Source: Octopus bimaculoides (taxonomy: Eukaryota). From it: 44,664 nt of DNA. The notes below the pieces were generated by a model. That model was not told the origin of the DNA, did no database searches, and saw only the letters and a list, made by a program, of their open reading frames with translations. Where the stretch lies: the NCBI RefSeq assembly GCF_001194135.2, contig NC_068982.1:76086480-76131143 (forward strand). Direction: 5' to 3'. A program made the position numbers and the translations under genes. The first letter of the stretch is position 1; each line of letters starts with the position of its first letter. Below are positions 36,326-44,664 of the stretch, piece by piece.

Positions 36326-38207
36326 NNNNNNNNNNNNNNNNNNNNNNNNNNNNNNNNNNNNNNNNNNNNNNNNNNNNNNNNNNNNNNNNNNNNNNNNNNN
36401 NNNNNNNNNNNNNNNNNNNNNNNNNNNNNNNNNNNNNNNNNNNNNNNNNNNNNNNNNNNNNNNNNNNNNNNNNNNNNNNNNNNNNNNNNNNNNNNNNNNN
36501 NNNNNNNNNNNNNNNNNNNNNNNNNNNNNNNNNNNNNNNNNNNNNNNNNNNNNNNNNNNNNNNNNNNNNNNNNNNNNNNNNNNNNNNNNNNNNNNNNNNN
36601 NNNNNNNNNNNNNNNNNNNNNNNNNNNNNNNNNNNNNNNNNNNNNNNNNNNNNNNNNNNNNNNNNNNNNNNNNNNNNNNNNNNNNNNNNNNNNNNNNNNN
36701 NNNNNNNNNNNNNNNNNNNNNNNNNNNNNNNNNNNNNNNNNNNNNNNNNNNNNNNNNNNNNNNNNNNNNNNNNNNNNNNNNNNNNNNNNNNNNNNNNNNN
36801 NNNNNNNNNNNNNNNNNNNNNNNNNNNNNNNNNNNNGTTGAATTGTTGGGAATGTTTTTAACTTGGATCTTATAGTATGCCTGTATATATGTGAAAGTAT
36901 AGTTTCACTTTAATAGTTTCAGCATGAAATTGAAAGTATTAAAGTGAAAGTATTTGAAATTACAGTAGCCACATGTTATTGCTTCACTTTTGACACGTAA
37001 TACTGAAATAGTGGAGGAGATATGATATTGCTGTGGGCTCAAACTATGCAAGAAGTTAAAAAAGTTTTTGGCCTAAGTAAGGCATGTGTTAATTTGGAAT
37101 GAAATTGGTTGTGTAGTTCTCGAGTTTTAGGGATTCACACAGACACAAATTACTATCTGCTGAAGTTGATGCAGGTAGTTTATCCCGCCCCACTCCGACT
37201 TTTAGCTCATTCAATTGAAAAAAAAACCCTGCATTATTTATGGGATGACCCAATATATATATATATGTATATCAGTTTAGCTGAGTTAGAGGTTAAAATA
37301 ACCAGCTAAAGGATAGAAGTATCCATTACACTACCGGTATATTACCTATGTTTAACCATGGGCATACACATGCAAGCATATTATGCTCATAAATTATAGG
37401 TAAAGACAAGGATAAACATAAGTTTATCAAGAAACAAAATTTAGAGAAAACAGAAAATTGAGAAATATCGATGAACAACAATTGATTTACATCAATTACT
37501 ATTTATTAATTCAATACAAATAGACTGCATCCCATTTAACAGCTGTTTCTGCTGCCAATATTGTATGGTGTTGCCATTGATATGCTAAAATATTTATCAT
37601 ATTTGGTAATAAAGCCGATCTGAAACATGGAGCTCCATCAGAGTGAAGAATAAATAAAGAAGAGCATAAAGAAGAAAAAGGGAAAAGTTGAATGTGGTTG
37701 TAATCATACCATTTTGCTTGAGTGTTCTTTGGGACGTTAAGTAAATGACTAAACTAAAAATAGCAATTGGTGGATTAGTCCTTCGTATGGTGGGGATAGG
37801 ATGGATAAGTAATAAAAAACAAAAAATAACAGTGGGATACGCCAATAGGTTTTAGTCGGGGGAGGGGTGAAGATACAATAAGGTTTTAGATTAATCATAA
37901 TAATTTATAATAATTATGTTTGTAGTACTAATTAATAGTATTAATCATAATAAAGTGTTAATTGGTTAAGTGTAATTTTATTCATTTACTGCTCTTCAAC
38001 CTGTTGTCCGAAGTGAGACAGGCCAAGGTCCAACGTTCGATGTAATTGGTCGTTTGAAATTTAAAAACAAAAGGCCGGCTATTGAGACCGTTATACGGGG
38101 TAAGATAAATAAATAAATCAATGGGAAAATGGTGTATGTTGTAAGAGGCCCTAAAACGCTTAGGATAGTAAATACTAAATTTAAAGATAGTATTAATATT
38201 ATAGAAT

Positions 38208-38387
38208 AAAATTTTGAAGGGAGGGGTAAGTCAATTACATCTTCCCACTGCTCAACAACTTATCGACCCCGAAAAGATAAAAGGTGAAGTTGATCTCGGT
38301 AGAGTAGAACACCGAACGTTATGTCGGAAGAAATGCTGCTAAGCATTTTGTCCGACAACTTAACGATTCCGCCAGTTCGCCAGCGCT
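38208..38387 (-). mobile_element. SINE family A, degenerate
   Basis: TTATCGACCCCGAAAAGATAAAAGG..GAAATGCTGCTAAGCATTTTGTCCG..AACGATTCCGCCAGTTCGCC. Confidence 0.7.
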
Positions 38388-39329
38388 ATAGTGATTATAA
38401 TAGCAATGATTTTAATAATTTTGTCACTCTTTCTCTCTATGGCAGTATTTGTCTGGTTTCGTATGTCTTAAAAAAATTCATTGAAATTATTACATTATTG
38501 GAACAACAATTACAATTTGTGACAGTAATTTCTGCTGTCGAGACTATTTAGCTGTGAAATTATTTTAAGTTTCAATGGATTTAACCTCAAATATTCTACA
38601 TTTAGCCAATCTATTTATCCAACGGAAGGATAGTCATGGTCTTTTCGTAGTGTTATGAGAGACGGATAGAGTAAAGGAAGTGATTGGTCATACTTGCTCT
38701 TTCAATCTATTATAACACTACACTGACTTTTATAGTTCCCATATTTGTTGGTATTGTAAAGTGTCAGTGCTGTTGCTAATATTGTAACGTATTAATGTAG
38801 TTGTTAGCATTGTCAGTATCATACTGTATCCGTGTATTTGTTAGCATTGTTTGTATTAGTTTGGCTATTAGTATTGTAGAATATTGATGTGGTTGTTATC
38901 ATTGTAAGTATTGTTGGTATAGTTGTTAGTGTTGTTATCGTTGGTATAGGTAATCGTCTGAGTTTCAATCCACGTGATGAAAAATACTTTTTATAATCTG
39001 TTGCAAGGAGCCGATTGGGAAGGCAAAACCCGGATCTTTTTATAGGGTCTCTGAAACTGGTAAGGGAGGGAAGGAGGGCGGGAAGAAGGGAGGAAAGGAA
39101 GAAAGGAGGAAAGGAGGGCGGGAAGAAGGGAGGAAAGGAAGAAAGGAGGAAAGAAGGGCGTGAGAGGAGAGAGGTGGAGAGGAGGGGTGGAAGTAAAGAA
39201 GGGTGGTATTCTCAAACAAGAGACGTTACCCAAATGCTTGCAAAAGAGTGAACTCCACTAAAGGAACCCGTAGTGCTAGGTGGTGGTGTTAAACTGGGCA
39301 ATGAATTAAGTCTAACATCCACGTAAGCC

Positions 39330-39455
39330 ATGGCTGGATTTGAACTAAAGACACAAAGGTCTAGAATGAATACCAAAAGTTATCTAGTTCGACTAGATGG
39401 TCAGAACAAATACTGCGTGGCATTCTGTACGTCACTCTAACGACTCTGACACTTC
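39330..39455 (-). mobile_element. SINE family A head, very degenerate
   Basis: GGATTTGAACT..CAGAACAAATACTGCGTGGCATTCTG..CTCTAACGACTCTG. Confidence 0.45.
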
Positions 39456-40154
39456 TACATTTAATTAGATTTGGTAGATATTTGCGTTGTTTATTATCTC
39501 CCTAGCTTGAATTTCTGTCTCAGTATTACTATAGAGTTCACTAGTGCTGAGGAGAACTGACAGTATTGAATAGTTTTATCATTGTTATACTTATAAACAT
39601 TATTTAGAAGTTTGTCTTTGGGTTGTAAGGTAACGGTCTGTTTAACAATGGCTGTATTATAATGTACTTCTAGTTGAACTTACACAGCATAGAGTAACTA
39701 TTGTAATGTTTGCAAACTTTATTTAGAAGTTTGTCCTTAATGTATCTCAGATAACAATCGCGTTTAACTGTGGCTGTATTGTAGTAGACTTCTAACTGAA
39801 CCTAGACAATACCAGGTTGAGTTAAACGTTTTTTTTTCAGATTTTCACAGATGACTTTTGGCAACTTGTATCTCCATGTTATATCATTAATTTCATGCAA
39901 CTTTTTCTCCAATTGTTGCTGAACTGATTATTCTTTATTTTCATATGCAACATAGAAACGTTGTTTATTATTTACTTCAGTGCTTTGAGAATGAATGGCG
40001 AAAAAATTACAATAAGAGCTAGTATACGCTACCTGTTGAAAAAGGACTGAGAGAAGGACAGCGACAAAAGAAATTAATGATGTGGAAGGCAAATGAGCTG
40101 TCAACGAATGTATGGCATAAAACTAGTTCAGACATTTCAAGGAAGGTGATACCA

Positions 40155-40265
40155 GCCTCGACCGAATATGAACTCGACGGAATATGAACTTAGAACATAA
40201 AGACGGACGAAGTGCCACTAAGCATTTCTCCCGGCGTGCTAACAATTCTACTAGCTTGCCACCCT
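40155..40265 (-). mobile_element. SINE family A head
   Basis: AAAGACGGACGAAGTGCCACTAAGCATTTCTCCCGGCGTGCTAACAATTCTACTAGCTTGCCACCCTT, with a short internal duplication of GAATATGAACT. Confidence 0.7.
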
Positions 40266-40269
40266 TGCA

Positions 40270-40900
40270 GGGACAAAGCAAAGAAGGAACCCACAAATTC
40301 AAAAGTTGTCGATTGACAGAAAGTTTAAAGAACTGACTACCATAGACCACTCAGAGGAAAACAAGACGACGGTAGTGAGTTCGAGGAAAGAAGCTATTAG
40401 AATGGAATGACTTATGACTGACAGGAAGCTCAACAGAGAAACAACGTGAAGAAAAACGGGTGACACGTTTAAAGGGTTTGACAGAGGGCACTAGACAAGA
40501 AAGTTCATCAGAGCAATGACCATGGAAATACTTATAGAAAAGACACAACGAAGATATATTTCGACTTTGAGCAAAATATTCCAACTCAGCAGACAGAAGA
40601 GGATCCACCATGTTAACAACCCGATTCTGAATTCGATCAAGCAAGCTAAAACACACAGAAGAGTCATTAGCTCAAAGATGACTGCAATATTCAGTGCGAG
40701 CTCGAATGGTTTCCTTATAAAGATACAAGATACTCTCAGATTAGCATAAAGAGAGATTCAACCTTCTTAACAGCCGACATGGCAATAAACTGAACATATT
40801 CGTTTCAAAAGAGATATCCGGTAGAAGTCAAACCAAGAAGTCGGTAGTAGACCGGTGAGTTCATCAGAGTGATAGATGATAAAACTATTCAAAGTTTTCT
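40270..40900 (-). mobile_element. CR1/Jockey-group LINE 3' fragment
   Basis: RLLGLT..AVKKVESL, SESILY..IRARTEYCSH, LLDRIQNRVVNMVDPLLSAELE..SSLCLFYKYFHGHCSDELSCLVP..SFFPRT, FKLSVNR. Confidence 0.85.
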
Positions 40901-41137
40901 GGCTTCTTAATGATATCTCATGTGTAGGTATTCTTTTGCATTCTTGCTTTTCCGTTCTTACTTTCAATTTAATATGTTTTGCCTCTGTTCAAACCGCATT
41001 CTTACTTTAGTATCTTGATCATTAGTTACTAAACTACACGGGAAACATTCAATTACAATGTCAAACTTATTCTATGATAATACTGTTCTATATATTTTTT
41101 CATATAAGAAATTCCTATAAGGAATTCATATAAAGAA

Positions 41138-41270
41138 TACATTATTTACCGCTAATTACATTGGACGGATATGTGTCCTCATACTTTATATGTCCACGTG
41201 CATATAGCATAATGGTTAAGAGCGCAGGCTACTAACCCCAAGATTGCGAGTTCAATTCAAGGCAATGCTT

Positions 41271-41330
<60 letters not shown>

Positions 41331-41485
41331 TCAGCAAAAAATATCTTAGGAATGAGAATACAGGGTTGGGTTCAAAATTCTATCAGGACACCTGATGAAG
41401 GTTAGAGAATAAATCAGCCGAAACGTTGTGGTAACAACAAACAAGATGAGGACACATATCCGTCCAATGTAAGTAATGTAAATAA
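41138..41485 (+). mobile_element. ORF-less copy of the tRNA-head/hammerhead unit, with terminal inverted repeat
   Basis: Degenerate A/B boxes (~41204-41260), (AAT)n ~41272-41328, and the same tail as 16315-16425. A perfect 27-bp inverted repeat lies at 41156-41182 / 41446-41472. Confidence 0.8.
41387..41432 (+). ncRNA. Minimal type-I hammerhead ribozyme motif (PLE-type, probably dimer-dependent)
   Basis: GACAC-CTGATGA-A-GGTTA..CAGCC-GAAAC-GTT-GTGGT. The core CUGAUGA and GAAA are intact, stem III is the palindrome AACGTT, the cleavage triplet is GUU, and stem I GACAC/GTGGT has one mismatch. Confidence 0.6.
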
Positions 41486-42849
41486 TTATTCTATGATAGA
41501 ATATCCACGAAATTCACTGTTAAACTGTTTACATTACTGTCATAACACATTTGTCATTCTTTGCTACAATATCTACACCATTTAAAGTTTAAATACCTTT
41601 ACCAATGTTTACAGCCCTACTATTACTCCTAACTTCGAATCCCACCTAACTTCATAGTTATCAATACAAACTCTAGCATTAAAATATCTATAGCACTCAA
41701 TGAAACAATATTGACACAAGTTGCCGTTACGATACAAATCCATGTTTCCGTCACAATGCCCGCGTCACTTCGCATTTAAATATCATTATAACTGTTATTA
41801 TACTCAAATAAACTTTGCTACAAGTCAATATCAATATCAGTAATTTTGTTACAATGCATACATTTTACATAGAGAGATATATACTGAAAAGATATCTTAG
41901 TCAGTTGATTCGGTGAACGATAACTTGATAAAACAGTGTTTCGTCATGTAGAAACGCTCACGTGTTTAAACTAACAACAGTGAAGATGTTTATATAATGT
42001 TTATATGGAAAGTTAGTTTAAGTTCCAATTATAAGACTGTAAATAATGCAGTCGATGTATGTGAATAAATATTATCTAGTGCTACTTCTAAGAATATTAA
42101 TTATTACAAAAGAGTAATGATTATAAAAGCGCGGAAAATGTCAAGTAGATATTATTTAAGAGAGTACAGTGTTTGCATAGCAACATGGATATGTAATGTG
42201 GGGTGGAAAGGAAAATGAATAACCCATAATGCACGGGTATACCAAATATGCACAAGCAACTAATAAAACGAACGTAGAATTACAGTTGTATGCGAATCAT
42301 AGAGCAGAAAGCAAATATTTAACTCAGTGTATAATGTTTAAATTGATATACCATCAAACGGAAAGTTTCTGAGAGAAACGAAGTAGAATTCTACCGAACT
42401 CTTGATGCTTATAGTTTATTCAAAAGTATGAAGAAGTCCTTGATAACTTTAGAAAGATACACAATAAGCGAGAGAGATGAATGTGTATTCACCTTTGATT
42501 TTAGTTCTGTATGCACTGAAACATTACACAATAAGTATATTGATAAATCATACAAGTTAGTGGACTTTCAATTTGGAAAGAACGACTGAAAATGATTTCC
42601 GTCTTTCATCAAACGTTGCTGTTTATTAATATCAACGAAAACAATATGTTTCCTTATACGAGGGGAAATCAGTTTCGATTTCCAGTTAAAGCAATTTTAT
42701 CTCATATAAATATAAACTATAAATATAAACTCTACAAAAAGGATCTTTTTTATTTATTTTATTTGTTTATGTTATTATATTCAATATTATTGACTATCGA
42801 TCAATGAAGACGTGCTTTTTCACATCACTTCTTGAAGCTCTGGATTTCA

Positions 42850-43660
42850 CTGCATGAAAGAATTACTTTTTTGGATTATTTTCATTCAAGAAAACTTTTG
42901 AAGAATATTTTGAAAGCCTGACCATATGGGTCAAGACGACTAAAATCCTAAGCTGGTTTCCTTCGATACAACTGCTTCTACTGGATGGATTGCATATCCA
43001 GTTTTGCAATATTTTGGTACTTTGTCACTGTAGATAGAATTTATTTAGAGCCATATTACGTATGTTTATTTATTTCTAGTGATGTGTGTCCGTTTATAGT
43101 ACAAAAAGTGTTTATGTAGATCTTTGTGTATCAATTTATGTGCTCTTCTGATAGTTTAGATGCTCCCAACGTTAACTTTGATTTGTTGTAATGTTTGTTT
43201 ATATTCTGTTTGTTAAGTGTAGGCTCGACGGTATATTTTTATTGTGGTTGTGTATTTGGTTAAATACTTCCATCTGGACTTCCGTAGTTTTCACCACCAT
43301 TTAAAATTTTCTTATTACTCCGTGTTTCTATTTGCTTTCTTGTAAAACCGTGTTTTTTTCCTTTTGTTGTGGATTCTGTCATATTTCAATTGTTTCCACT
43401 GATATTTATTGTTTATGATGTCGTTTCTGCTAACGTTCTCTTTCTTTTGTAAAAGCATATGTGCTTCGTGAGTGATGGCTCTTGTAATGTTTTCATTGGT
43501 TCGTAGCAGGTTGTGTTTTCTATGTATAGTCGATTGTGTATCCTTCCTATACAATTATGAAATTCAATTATCGTTAATTGTGAATCACTCTTTAATTCGC
43601 TAGTATGCTCGGATTTACATATTTTTCTCACTTCAGTTTTTACTCTCCACAACTCATACG
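42850..43660 (-). mobile_element. Possible very old Penelope-like fragment
   Basis: Only scattered weak motifs (RIHNRLYIENTT near the RT YRKPT region, GASKL near GVYKL, EGNQLRIL). Many stops and frameshifts. Confidence 0.25.
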
Positions 43661-43834
43661 TCTCTTTTGTAATGACCTTATGCGTTTGTGCGCGTGCGCG
43701 TGTATGCGTGTGGGTTGCTTATAGAATTGATGAGTAATAGGAATGTAAGCCTTCAATGAATTTCTAATTACTCCAGCATTCTTTTTAAAGAACAAGGCAG
43801 GCATGTTGTTTGGAATTAACATTTTGAGCTCCAG

Positions 43835-43950
43835 TAATTGCTGGGAAGTTAACCTTGCGATGGACCGGCATCCAGTTCAAGAGTGGGGAGTATTGTAATC
43901 TCAGTCATTTATTCACCATTGACGCCATATTAACCGCCGGTCTTATGAGT
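43835..43950 (+). mobile_element. Degenerate SINE fragment
   Basis: AACCTTGCGATGGACCGGCATCCAGTTCAAG resembles the CCCTGCGATGGACT.GC..CC.GTCCAGGG motif of several animal SINE tails (recognised from memory only). Confidence 0.35.
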
Positions 43951-44317
43951 CTTACAGTATATAACAGATCTAAGTTCTGAGTCCCAAGTCTAAGTCTAGG
44001 TCTAACTGCTTCTAAAATTACTTTATATAACTTGTACCTTCATTTTTAAGGTTACAGATTGATTATTATGAAATAAGTTTGTTTGTTGCTACTAGCAAGT
44101 AAAGAAACTATGTAAAGGCTCCGTGCATTGATTAATACGGGATGGTAGATAACGGGGGTGAGAAATTACGGATAGAAAATTAGATAGAAGAGGTCGTGGA
44201 GTATTGGATACCAAATAGTGGGGAAAAAGTAGTATTAGGTGAAAAATCATGAAAGTAATTACATTTGAGTGTGAGACATGACTGAAATTACAAGATATAC
44301 ATACGACACATGCATGC

Positions 44318-44350
<33 letters not shown>

Positions 44351-44630
44351 TACATACATACACATATGTGTGTGTCTATATATATATATATATGTATATG
44401 TATGTATACATGTATATACGTATGCACATACCTGTACTTATGTTTTTATAAATATAAGTTAATATACTTGTATGTACACACACACACACACACCCATAAA
44501 AATGTATATGTGCACATATATATGTATAGGTAAGGCTATATATATCTTTCCCTCTTTCTCTCAGTCTCTCAAAGTATATACATATATATAATATATAATA
44601 CATGATATATAGGTAATATATATATATATT

Positions 44631-44664
<34 letters not shown>

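Overview
This is eukaryotic, AT-rich, non-coding DNA from a gapped short-read assembly with about 12 N-runs, most flanked by microsatellites. The repeat families (tRNA-derived SINEs of octopus OR/OK-like architecture, dense microsatellites) suggest an octopod cephalopod; this is an inference. I found no intact host-gene exon, and nearly all listed ORFs are gap or microsatellite artefacts. What can be read is retroelement debris: four decayed R4/Dong-like non-LTR copies (23.6-31.7 kb), an internally deleted RTE LINE ending in three C2H2 zinc fingers (31.7-33.1 kb), two CR1-like fragments, about 18 tRNA-SINE copies or fragments, and a Penelope-like GIY-YIG fragment. The most interesting signal is a Penelope/hammerhead-ribozyme system. 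The Penelope ORF at 15.8-16.2 kb runs directly into a tRNA-derived Pol III head, an (AAT)n tract and a minimal type-I hammerhead. The same head+hammerhead unit occurs without the ORF at 41.2-41.5 kb, bracketed by a perfect 27-bp inverted repeat. A second hammerhead with a different sequence sits in a foldback element at 34.1-34.5 kb.
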